The notes beneath the pieces were generated by a model. It searched no databases. It saw only the letters and a program-made list of their open reading frames with translations, and had not been told where the DNA came from. From Chiloscyllium plagiosum (taxonomy: Eukaryota), in assembly GCF_004010195.1 (NCBI RefSeq), contig NC_057728.1:49392561-49412560 (forward strand): a stretch of DNA of 20,000 nucleotides, in the 5' to 3' direction. Positions 1 through 9,637 of the stretch are shown in pieces; position 1 is the stretch's first letter; the number at the start of each line of letters is the position of its first letter. The translations under genes were made by a program, and so were the position numbers.

Positions 1-44
1 CTACATAAATTCAAGCCTTTTGAAATATTCAGGAAAATATTTAT

Positions 45-231
45 AAAACAAAGAACTGCAGATGCTGAAGATCTGAAAGAAAACAGAAATTACTGGAGAA
101 ACTTGGCAGGTCTGACAGCATCTGTGGAGAGAGAAACAGTTAACTTTAACTTTTTGAGTCCAGTGATGCTTCATCAGAATGTCAGAACTGCTGGATCTGC
201 TGAGATTCTCCAGCAATTTCTGTTCTTGTTT
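45..231 (-). repeat. Degraded HHR-bearing short repeat, family B (PLE terminal-repeat-like), with a partial inverted second arm
   Basis: The minus strand reads attCTGATGAAgcatcactggactcAAAAagtt...ctgtttctctctccacagatgctgtcagacctgccaagtttctccag, homologous to 11138-11231 and 3192-3315. A + orientation piece (tgctggatctgctgagattctccagcaatttctg) follows at about 189-231. Confidence 0.7.
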
Positions 232-399
232 GAGGAAAATGTTATCTTCCCACATTAATATTTATCAATATTGTAAATGTTTGAATTTGAAATTTTGTTC
301 TCATTGCTTTCTTTGTTTTCTGAACTGTGTTTGCACAGAAATTTATGAAGTAAGGAGGCCATTTTCATTGGAAAATAGTTTCTGCCTGACAATGTTGCA

Positions 400-418
400 C
401 CTCCACTAGATGGCGGTG
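400..418 (+). promoter_or_regulatory. Candidate CTCF binding site
   Basis: CCACTAGATGGCG at 403-415 matches the CTCF core consensus CCASYAGRKGGCR and lies in non-repeat sequence. Motif match only. Confidence 0.55.
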
Positions 419-714
419 TTGGAACCACAATATGTAATGGTGCTGGTGTGTGCGGCCACACTGAGGTGAAACAGCAGGCAGGAAGCTCTCAGGCATTGTG
501 ATCAAAATCTCTAGATATATTGTTCCTAGTTTCTGATTCTGACTACTCAATCTGGTCAAAACATGACAAACATTCTGGTCATTAACTCAACAGCTGGCCT
601 GCACTCATCTGAGCTATAGGATGGAGAACATTGAAGATGTAACATTTCCATAAACAATTCATGGTACCGAGAGGGATATACATTCTCAATATCACTTTCC
701 TTTTCTACCTGATT

Positions 715-1128
715 CATATAGGAATAGGTGGAGGCCGTTCAGCCCCTCCAACCTACTCTGCCATTCGATGAAATCACAGTTGATCTGCATCCAAATTCCA
801 TTTACCCTCCTGGTTCCATAACCCTTAATCCCCTGACCCAATAGCAATTTGCCAATCTCAATTTAGGATCCAATCACAAATTTCAATCTCAACAGCTTTT
901 CTTCTGCCAAGCAGAGCTCCAGTTTTCCATTCCCCTTCGTGTGGAGAATTGTTGCCTCAATTCACTCCTTGAATGACCTAGTTCTGAGTTTAAAGTTACA
1001 CTACTTTCTTTGAACTCCGAAAGAAGACCAAAGACCAGAAGAACTATATTCCCTCCGTGTCCTATTAACTCCTTTCACCATCTTCAACTTCTCAATTCAG
1101 TCATGCATTAATTTTGTAAACTCAAGGG
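715..1128 (-). mobile_element. Degraded CR1-type LINE 3' end
   Basis: aggccgttcagcccctc...ctctgccattc...tgatct...ataacccttaatcccc parallels the CR1 3' ends at 15422-15560 and 19410-19530. Confidence 0.7.
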
Positions 1129-1130
1129 AA

Positions 1131-1380
1131 TCTTTTCTCCCAAAGGAGAGTGAATCTGTGGAATTCTTTACCTCTGTGGAGGGCTGTCGAGGTTGGGACA
1201 TTAAATATGCTCAGGGCTGAGATAGACAGATTTTTAATCAGGAAGGGAATCAAGGGTTAGGGGGAAAAGGTAGGAAAGTGGAGTTGAGGATTATCAAATC
1301 AACCATGATCTTATTTAATGGCAAAGCAGACTTGATGGGCTGAATGGCCTATTTCTATTCTTACATATTATAGTATTATG
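1131..1380 (+). mobile_element. CR1-type LINE 3' end
   Basis: Remnant of the FFSQRVVNLWNSLP coding motif (tctcccaaaggagagtgaatctgtggaattc), then aagggaatcaagggtta and a gggctgaatggcct 3' tail. Confidence 0.8.
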
Positions 1381-1427
1381 AATATAAAGCCTATCTTTGC
1401 ATCTTGTTCTCAAAATTTAACCCTTTA

Positions 1428-1992
1428 GTCACGGTGGCACAGTAGTTAGCACTGCTGCCCCACAGCACCAGAGACCCGGGTTCAATTCCCGCCTCAAGCA
1501 ACTGTCTGGGTGGAGTTTGCACACTCTCCCCGTGTCTGCGTGGGTTTCCTCCGGGTGCTCTGGTTTCCTCCCACAGTCCAAAAAGTGTGCAGGTCAGGTG
1601 ACTTGGCCATGCTAAATTGCCAGTAGTGTTAGGTGAAGGGGTAAATGTAGGGGAATGGGTCTGGGTGGGTTGCTCTTCAGAGGGTCGGTGTGAAAAATGT
1701 GTTGCTGGAAAAGCGCAGCAGGTCAGGCAGCATCCAAGGAGCAGGAGAATCGACGTTTTGGGCATAAGCCCTTCCTGAAGAAGCTTCAGAAGCTTCTTCA
1801 GGAAGGGCTTATGCCCAAAACGTCGATTCTCCTGCTCCTTGAATGCTGCCTGACCTGCTGCGCTTTTCCAGCAACGCATTTTTCAGCTCTGATCTCCAGC
1901 ATCTGCAGTCCTCACTTTCTCCTAGAGGGTCGGTGTGGACTTGTTGGGCCGAAAGGCCTGTTTCCACACTGTAACTAATCTAATCTAATCTA
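1428..1992 (+). mobile_element. tRNA-derived V-SINE (HE1-like), interrupted at 1693-1923
   Basis: A-box-like ggtggcacagtagttagc, B box GGTTCAATTCC at 1479-1489, V-domain ggagtttgcac...gggtttcctccgggtgctctggtttcctcccacagtccaaa, CR1-like 3' tail gggccgaaaggcctgtttcc, and (ctaat)n end. Homologous to 17625-17936. Confidence 0.9.
1693..1923. mobile_element. Palindromic short insertion, family A (PLE/HHR-derived), nested in the SINE
   Basis: Arms 1693-1787 and 1789-1883 are reverse complements with 2 mismatches by eye. There is a 40-nt single-sided extension to 1923. TSD agagggtcggtgtg at 1679-1692 and 1924-1937. Confidence 0.92.
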
Positions 1993-2489
1993 GTCCGGGG
2001 ACCATTATACCCCAAAGATCAATACAGCTGCCTTGGGTTGCAAAGAGAGGAAAAAGCATGACAATAACAAGAGAGGAGGAACAATCTACTCTCAGGTACA
2101 AAATTAAATTGTAAATATCTTTAAAACAATTAGTCTTTTTGACAAGTTCATAAGAGGTATCTCCCTCTTCCACAGTCAGTCCTATTTGACTCCGAGATAT
2201 GTCCAAACAGGTTAACAAAAATACCTTTTTCACCAGATGTGTTTAGTTAATAAAGGGGTTACAGAAAATATTTATTCAATATACATTTACTGAATGATTA
2301 AATCATCTTTTCCCATCTTCCTCTTTGCTCAATACCTGACCCAATTTCTAGAATAGCGCATCCCGTAGAAAACAATTGAATGATTAATTATATTAACAGC
2401 ACAACTTTCCTTGGTCTGTTTCCATCCTTTAAAAGAATGTTACTTGTATTTTTTAAGTAATGGGATTTTAAAATGGAAATAAGAGAAAT

Positions 2490-2632
2490 TGTTTGCATTT
2501 CCGTAGTGCCTTTCAGTAACTCAAGTTGCCCCAAAGTGCTTCAGAGCTGATGAAATACTTTGGAAGGGCAGCATAGCAGATGTGACGAGCGATTTCCAAA
2601 CAGTAAGTTTGCACAAACAACAGTGAGATATC
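2490..2632 (-). mobile_element. Degraded Deu-SINE (SacSINE1/AmnSINE1-like) 3' portion
   Basis: ttgcatttccgtagtgcctttca...ccccaaagtgcttcagagctgatgaaatactttggaag...cacaaacaacagtgagata resembles, from memory, the reverse complement of the Deu-SINE 3' tail. Confidence 0.55.
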
Positions 2633-2790
2633 AACACAAGCGTTATATCCAGGAAGGTCTGTGTATCCAGAGAGACAGTGCTGAGCCGAGTGAGAGAATG
2701 TAATTATTCAAAATGAACATTGCAGGGCATTTAGAAGGAGACTTCAGACAGATATTTATTTAGTACCTAAAGCAGGGCATAATAAGGTTT

Positions 2791-3028
2791 ACAAAAACAA
2801 GATAAAATGGATGCTGGAAATCTCAAATGTAAACAGAAAATAATGGAGAAACTCAGCAGGTTGGGCAGCACCTTTTGGAGACAGAAACAGAGTTAATGTT
2901 ACAGGTCAAGAATTTTTTTTCATCAGACTCTCCTGCGTTCTCACAACAAATCCTCGCACTGAAACATTAACTCTGTTTCTGCCTTCACAGATGCTGTTGG
3001 ACCTGCTGAGGATTTCCAGTATTTTCTG
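2791..3028. repeat. Old inverted pair of family B HHR-type repeat
   Basis: The left arm (gatgctggaaatct...ggagaaactcagcagg...gaaacagagttaatgtt...ttcatcag) is roughly the reverse complement of the right arm (gaaacattaactctgtttctg...cacagatgctgttggacctgctgag...tccagtattttctg). Ribozyme cores are decayed. Confidence 0.75.
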
Positions 3029-3148
3029 GACAATGTGGCACATCTTGATGTTAATGTTGGATGTAAAAACTCATGTTAATTGCATATTAATTGAGACAAA
3101 ATGCACACAAGACAGAAGTGAAATCTCAGTTATATATTTTCACAATGG

Positions 3149-3315
3149 GAACAGAGATGTCTAGTTTGTCTTGATGACCCTTCTCCAGAACAGGGGTCAC
3201 TGGACTCGAAAGATTGACTCCGCTTTCTCAGCACAGATGCTGTCAGACCTGCTGAGTTTCTCCAGCTATTTCTGTTTTTGGTTCAGGTTTCCAGCATTTG
3301 GAGTTCTTTCTTTTG
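3149..3315 (+). repeat. Family B HHR-type repeat with a short inverted arm
   Basis: gatgacccttctccagaac (inverted core) directly abuts aggggtcactggactcGAAAgattgactcc...cacagatgctgtcagacctgctgagtttctccagc...ccagcatttggagttc. Confidence 0.75.
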
Positions 3316-3619
3316 GAATTTGTTTTATGCAATGGGTTCACAAATAGAAACTACAAACTCGAGCCATGTTCTGTAGATAGATTTCACTGCTAATCAAGAA
3401 ATGCAATACTGTGTCACTTGGTTACGAGTATCAAATTAAAAGCACACCATGGTATTATATTTTAATGATGCATTGAATAGGGATCATCTTCCAATGTTTG
3501 AGATAATGAATTTTTGCTGGTTTAAAAATCTGCAATGAACAAAGTTGACAGGGAAGCTCAATGCATCACCTTGAGGGTGAAATTGGGATCTGACAGGCTA
3601 GGATTTGTGCCTTTATTGA

Positions 3620-4245
3620 AGGAGAAGCCTGGGAATTACAGACCTGTGAGTCTGACCTACGGTAAGTTGTTGAAGGTAATTCTGAAAGATAGAGTTTATA
3701 TGCATTTGGAGAGACAAGGAATGATTAAGGATAGCCAGCATAGTTTTGGGCAAGAGAAATGGTGTCTCACAAACATGTTTTTGAGGAGTAACCAAAAAGA
3801 CTGGTGAGCTCAGAGTGGTAGAGATTATTTACCTGGACTTTAGTGAAGCCTTTGACAAGGTTCTGCATGGTCGACTAATTAGTAAAGTTAGATCATGGGG
3901 GATTCAGTGTGAGTTTGCCAATTGGTTTAATGGCAGGAGACAGAGAGTGGTGGTCGAAGTTGTTTTTCAGACTGGAGGCCTGTTATCAGCAGTGCTCCAC
4001 AGGGATCAGTGCTGGGTCTGCTTTTGTTTGTCATTTAAATAAATGATTCAGATGAGAATGTAGGGAGTCATAGTCAGCAAGTTTGTAGATGACACCAAAA
4101 TTACTGGTATAGTGGACAGTGAAGAAGGTATTCTAAGATTACAAAGGCATCTTGATCGATTGGGTCAATGGGCTGAGGAGTGGCAGATAGAATTAAATTT
4201 GGATAAATGCGAGGTATTGATAAAACAAATAAGGGGCAGAACTTA
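3620..4245 (+). mobile_element. CR1 LINE ORF2 (reverse transcriptase) fragment, frameshifted
   Basis: Translated motifs KEKPGNYRPVSLT, IIYLDFSEAFDKVLHGRL, FVDDTK (tttgtagatgacaccaaa) and DSEEGILRLQRHLDRLGQWAEEWQ. Confidence 0.92.
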
Positions 4246-5076
4246 TTTTTTGTTTGAGAGTGTTGGTGGGTTTGTGTGCTACTGGGATTCTGAGGGGTCT
4301 TAGTAGTCTGGCTGTCATTTCTGGAACTTCTTTGATGTATGGTAAGGCGGTTAGGGTTTCTCGCTGTGTTTGGTCTGCTTGTCGTGGTTTGTTCTTGAGG
4401 AATCTGCGCACTGTATTTTTTGAGTATCCGTTCTTCTTGAATACGTCGTATAGGTGGTTCTCCTCTGTTTTCCGATGTTCGTCTGTGCTGCAGTGTGTGG
4501 TGACTCGTTGGAATAGTCTTCTGATACAGCTTCGTTTGTGTGTGTTGGGATGGTTGCTGGTGTAGTTAAGTATTTGGTCAGTGTTTGTTGGTTTTCTGTA
4601 TACGCAGGTTTGTAGTTCTTTCTTTCGACTGTGACGTCCAGGAATGTGAGTTTGTTATCGGTTTCTTCCTCCTTGGTGAACTTTATGCCTGTGAGGGTGT
4701 TGTTGATGATGTTAAATGTCTCTTCTATCTTGTTTCGTTTTGTGATGACAAATGTGTCATCTACGTAGGGGACCCAGATTTTTGGTTTGATGGTTGGTAG
4801 GGCTGTTTGTTCTAGTCTTTGCATTACTGCTTCTGCTATGAATCCTGATAGCGGAGATCCCATGGGTGTGCCGTTTGTTTGTTTGTAGATTATGTTGTTG
4901 AAGGTGAAGTGGGTGGTGAAGCACAGGTCCACTAGCTTCATGATGTTTTCGTTGGTAATGTGATTGATGGTGGTTGGGGTGTGTGTGATGGTCTCTTCTA
5001 AAAGTGTGGTAAGTGTTTCCTTTGCCAGGTCGATGTTGAGGGAGGTGAACAGTGCTGTTACGTCGAATGAGATCAT
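4246..5076 (-). mobile_element. Penelope-like element internal fragment (RT core and thumb), frameshifted
   Basis: ISFDVTALFTS, YKQTNGTPMGSPLS, WVPYVDDTF and LTFLDVTV motifs. 4246-4650 is closely homologous to 7672-8077. A 10-nt deletion near 4620 relative to that copy breaks the frame. Confidence 0.93.
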
Positions 5077-5078
5077 TG

Positions 5079-5206
5079 TTCATGAATAGGAGAGGTTTGG
5101 AGACATATGGACTAAACACAGGCAAGTGGGACTAGTTTAATTTGGGAACATGGTTGGCATAGATAAATGGGCCAAAGGGTCTATTTCCATGCTGTATGAC
5201 TCTATG
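5079..5206 (+). mobile_element. CR1 LINE 3' terminus
   Basis: aataggagaggtttggag...gcaagtgggactagttt...gggccaaagggtctatttccatgctgtatgactctatga matches 19015-19147. Confidence 0.85.
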
Positions 5207-7154
5207 AAGATCTAATCTATGAGATTCCATTTAAGTGTGCAATGGGGTCACCAGGATCAAACTGCACACCAGATTGGGAATGAAAGCAGCTGGTCAATAT
5301 TTGTTGTTATTATTATATTATTCAAGGGAACTGAATTTGCAAAATATACAATAACGTGACTGTGCTGTCCCACTTGGACTTTGATTTCTAAATCCCAGGA
5401 ATTGACGCATAACAGGAAGACCATCTTTCTCAGCATAATTTGCTGAAAATTGACCATTGGAAAATTTCAATCTCAAGTTACGTCTAACACAAAGCAAGCT
5501 CTAAAAAACATTGCATTCATAGCTAACCACACCCTCTGATTAAAATAATCACTAGTGTGGGTTTATGCTAGTTCCACATTTTTGAGTACCTTCTAGAAAG
5601 TTGTAAAATCGAAAGATTTCTTTGAATGTCTGGACATTAAAGTATTGCTTTAAAATCTTCTAAGCATTTGATGATAATACTGGACAAGATAGATCCCAGA
5701 ATGATACCTGGCTTGAGAGCTCATAAGATTAATATTTTTTCTATTTGTTTATTCTGGTGATCAGTCACTGAACATGTTCATAGGAGACTGTGTAGTCTTA
5801 CCAAAGCAATATCAAATTTTCTTATTCGAAAGTAGAAAGTACGCATACTGTGTTACACAAATAGCAACCATTTGAAAAGACTTTGTTGCAATTATTAGAA
5901 ATAAAACTTAAACCCATTGTACTCTCAGCAACAAGATACTCAAACCTCAGTCAAAGTATGACTCTGATTCTAAATTAAACTTCCTTCTTCAGCTGGTGTG
6001 GATTTTCTTTTCTGGCAAATATCTGTATTTACTCAATGTTATCTTCTTTGGTTATTTTACTTTCATGAAATTATTAATCAACTTGCTAACAGAGCTCATT
6101 TATTGCTTAACACAAATTTTCTAAACTCCCCTTCCATGGCCTTCTGTTTCTGGAACTTTCTCTCACTGACATTAAACCACCCAGAACCTCTCTCCTCCTT
6201 CTCTGATCATCTTGGGGACTATTAATCCTGGACACCCTTTCTCCCTGAATGATCTGTTTCTATCTGTAGGAAACTTGCACATTCCCTGTCCTTCTGGATT
6301 GTTCTGCCATTCCAGTAGAACAAATGTCTCTTTATGTGTTCCCTGTGTCATAGGATACCTTGTTGCTAGACAACGGCAATATTTTTCCTCTCTTATACTT
6401 TTTGTTTTCCAAAGCACTGAACTATTCACCTCAAAGGTTTCGATCAGTCTGATTTAAATGCAGGTAAACAAATTTCCACATTCCAGTATCACTCTCAGAA
6501 TGCAAAAATGAAACTAATCCATTCCACTCTTAACCCACACAATGTTGAAATAGAAATCAAAATTAAAGCTATACATGGGTCCTGTCTGTTTTAGAAACAA
6601 AGTTTCCAAATAAAGATAAAAATATGTAATGACCCTTCATCAAAATACAAATCAATAAGTCTACACAGAAAGTAACAAATGTAATCCAATGAAACTAGAA
6701 AATGATTCTGGGCAATTTTAAACATTCATTTTGGATGATTTAATATTAGGTCACTCACAGATGGCTGACTAAACACCAATTGAAAATATTTTTATCATAA
6801 TAATTCAATTTCCAGCTGTGTTAGTGACATAGAATGATTACAGCTCAGAAGGAAATCATGTGACATTAAGAAAACTGTACCAGGTTACTGCTCTTAAATC
6901 TACCATGGAATACTTACTATGTTTGTCTTTTAAATCTCAAGTCTAACCTTGTGCTGGTTAATGGGAAATGGTGGTGTCCAAACTTTGAAATTATACCACC
7001 AGAAAGGGTAAGGGCAGCAGATATATGGGAACACCTGTGATAACACTATGGCTTTAAGAATTGTATTTTGACCTTTTTTGTATAAAGAAAGGTTGAGACG
7101 AAGGTGTTGAGCAGTCTGCTCAAAGCCAATAAAGTAAACAGCTTGTGAGGTCTT

Positions 7155-8071
7155 AGGGTGTAGGTTTGCTCGCTGAGCTGTAGGTTTGATATCCAGACGT
7201 TTCATTACCTGGCTAGGTAACATCATCAGTGACGACCTCCAAGTGAAGCAAAGCTGTTGTCTCCTGCTTTCTATTTATATCTTTCTCCTGGATGGGGTTC
7301 CTGGGGTTTGTGGTGATGTCATTTCCTGTGTGTTTTCTGAGGGGTTGATAGATGGCATCTAGATCTATGTGTTTGTTTATGGCGTTGTGGTTGGAGTGCC
7401 AGGCCTCTAGGAATTCTCTGGCATGTCTTTGCTTAGCCTGTCCCAGGATAGATGTGTTGTCCCAGTCAAAATGGTGGTTTTTTTCATCCATGTGTAGGGC
7501 TATGAGGGAGAGGGGGTCATGTCTTTTTGTGGCTAGCTGGTGTTCATGTATCCTGGTGGCTAACTTTCTTCCTGTTTGTCCTACGTAGTGTTTGTGGCAG
7601 TCCTTGCATGGAATTTTATAGATGACGTTGGTTTTGTCCATGGGTTGTAATGGGTCTTTTAAGTTTGTTAGTTTTTGTTTGAGAGTGTTGGTGGGTTTGT
7701 GTGCTACTAGGATTCCGAGGGGTCTCAGTAGTCTGGCTGTCATTTCTGAAACTTCTTTGGTGTATGGTAAGGTGGTTAGGGTTTCTGGCTGTGTTTTGTC
7801 TGCTTGTCGTGGTTTGTTCTTGAGGAATCTGCGCACTGTGTTTTTTGAGTATCCGTTCTTCTTGAATACGTCGTATAGGTGGTTCTCCTCTGCTTTTTGA
7901 AGTTCGTCTGTGCTGCAGTGTGAGGTGGAATAGTGTTCTGATACAGCTTGGTTTGTGTGTGTTGGGATGGTTGCTGGTGTAGTTGAGTATTTTGTCAGTG
8001 TTTGTCGGTTTTCTGTATATGCAGGTTTGTAATTCTCCCTTGTCCTTTCTTCCTACTGTGACGTCCAGAAA
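7155..8071 (-). mobile_element. 5'-truncated Penelope-like element (Penelope/Poseidon type): RT thumb, GIY-YIG endonuclease and 3' terminal region
   Basis: ORF 7213-7836 carries NVIYKIPCKDCHKHYVGQTGRKLATRIHEH...REFLEAWH...IN, a GIY-YIG signature. TSD tgtgaggtctt at 7144-7154 and 8072-8082. An 8-nt deletion near 7925 relative to the 4246-5076 copy breaks the frame. Confidence 0.95.
7193..7232 (-). ncRNA. Minimal type I hammerhead ribozyme at the PLE 3' end
   Basis: The minus strand reads tca-CTGATGA(7229-7223)-T-GTTACCT-agcc-AGGTAAT-GAAA(7203-7200)-CGTC(7199-7196)-tgg. It has a 7-bp stem II, a palindromic ACGT in place of stem III, and a 2-3 bp stem I. Confidence 0.82.
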
Positions 8072-8859
8072 TGTGAGGTCTTGTTTTCTTTTAAAGATTG
8101 AACAATAGAAGCAGCCTGAATGAGTGGTGTCAAGTTCCCACAAAACTGGGATTTTTAGGTTTAGCTTTCTGCAGTTGTTGGGATCTGGAAGATGGATGTG
8201 GAAGCTCTTATTCCTCTCTCTGTTACATCTAAAAGCTGGGGTTCTCTTCCTGCTCGTGGAATTGCTTGTGCGACAATTTATTTTATTGAATTTGCCTTTG
8301 CCAAGGGTGTGTTCATGGGATGTTACTATAGTAAAATAGTTAATTAGTTGCAGGTATATATATATTTATAGTTAAGCATTTCCATAGAGTTACAGTTAAG
8401 CCAATTCTTTTATTTTTATTTTGTCTGTATTTTAACTGTAGTGCAAAAATAAAGTGTTTTTTGCTTAAACTGGAGTACTTTGACCAATTGAATTGCATAT
8501 GGAATGCAATGCCTTACACTTACCTTTAAAATAGGAAAAAGTTAGAGACTAGGCTATCATCTTAATATAATTTGAAGGCTGTCCAGTAGGTGGGGAGTTC
8601 CTTGTCAGGCTTGCAGGACCTGGCATTAGAATGTGGAGTGGAGATTGGGAGGAGAGATGTGGGGCACTGCTGAGAGCCACCCCTTTGCTGGCAACTCCCT
8701 TCAGCCAAAACCCTCCACCCAATGTCCCCCAATCCACTAGCTCTCTGGGATCTGGGTCTGGGTCTGGGATTCCCTGATGCACCTAGTGTTTGTTGGCAGT
8801 TAGTAGAACATTTTGTTCAACTTAAACAACACAGTTCATGAAGGTTGTCAAGAGGAAAA

Positions 8860-9160
8860 TTACTGGAATTGGATCAGGAAGAGATACTTCAGTTTTGTGG
8901 AGAGACTGGGGTTGGTCGTCTTTGAGCTTGAGTTTTAATTGTAGCATTCAAAAGAATTAATAATGTTGGTTACATTAATAAGGGGCAACAGATTTTGGTA
9001 GCAGAGGGTGTTATATACAGGGGCGACAGTTTTAATGTAATTGGTAAAAAAAAACTGGCGGTTGCACAATAAATTTATTTAGAAAAGGACAAAGTGAAAT
9101 TTAGAATCTAGCATACATTGCTTGAAAGGCAGATATATAGATGAATTCATACATAGTTGT
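8860..9160 (+). mobile_element. Highly degraded CR1-type 3' fragment
   Basis: ttcagttttgtggagagactggg...tctttgagc...aggggcgacagttttaatgtaattggtaaaa follows the order of CR1 ORF2 C-terminal motifs. Confidence 0.45.
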
Positions 9161-9637
9161 TGTTGAAATTAGGGATGGGCTCTCCTTGCCAGGATGAAGA
9201 CCAATAAAAACTATTTTTAAAACGTGCACATTAACCTTGATTTAATTTCCCATTGGGAGAATTATCCTGTAGGAATTTTAAAATTTTCTACTCCTTCTGC
9301 TGGATTTTGAACTCTTCTTCCCTACTCTCGGTTTAATTGCTCACGTTAGACAGCTAACTTTCTTTAAGCAAGACAATAGTGAAACAAAATACTGTCGATT
9401 GATAGAAACATACATCTATTTGACAATTTTAACGTGATACCACAAATAAACATGGAGGTAGGTTGGAGTTGTCTTATAATCGTCACATACAGAGATTGGA
9501 CAGGAGATTGGGTTATTTAGACAGGGAAAGGGTATGGTTAATGAAAACAGTACTTTATTGCCATTTTAAGAAATAGAGAGTAAAATTGACAGATGAAAGA
9601 ATCGAGAGAGAGATCTAGAGAAACATTTATTGCCAAT

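Noticed and set aside
715..1380. Head-to-head CR1 3' ends as a twin-priming inversion
   Set aside because: Both pieces include the same 3' terminal region and are quite diverged from each other, so two independent insertions are the simpler explanation.
1693..1923. Interpreting the palindromes as MITEs/DNA transposons or pre-miRNA genes
   Set aside because: The arms are asymmetric in length, solo arms occur with their own TSDs, TSD lengths vary from 11 to 15 bp, and the axis sits at an HHR core. This fits PLE-type retrotransposition better. miRNA processing cannot be judged from sequence.
1391..1978. Mirror-image ORFs (1391-1879 on -, 1697-1978 on +) with near-identical peptides; likewise 12581-12895 and 12609-12800
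   Set aside because: They are artefacts of translating the palindromic insertion and SINE on both strands, with no splice or homology evidence for a protein.
6628..6645. atgacccttcatcaaaa resembling an inverted family B HHR core
   Set aside because: Too short, with no flanking homology to the family.
7036..8580. Possible solo LTR (starting TGTGATAAC) hosting the PLE insertion
   Set aside because: It looks repeat-like, but I found no matching ...CA terminus or TSD.
8549..8782. GC-richer ORF with a PDPDP repeat (tctggg repeats)
   Set aside because: Short simple repeat in probable decayed repeat sequence, with no splice signals or recognisable domain.
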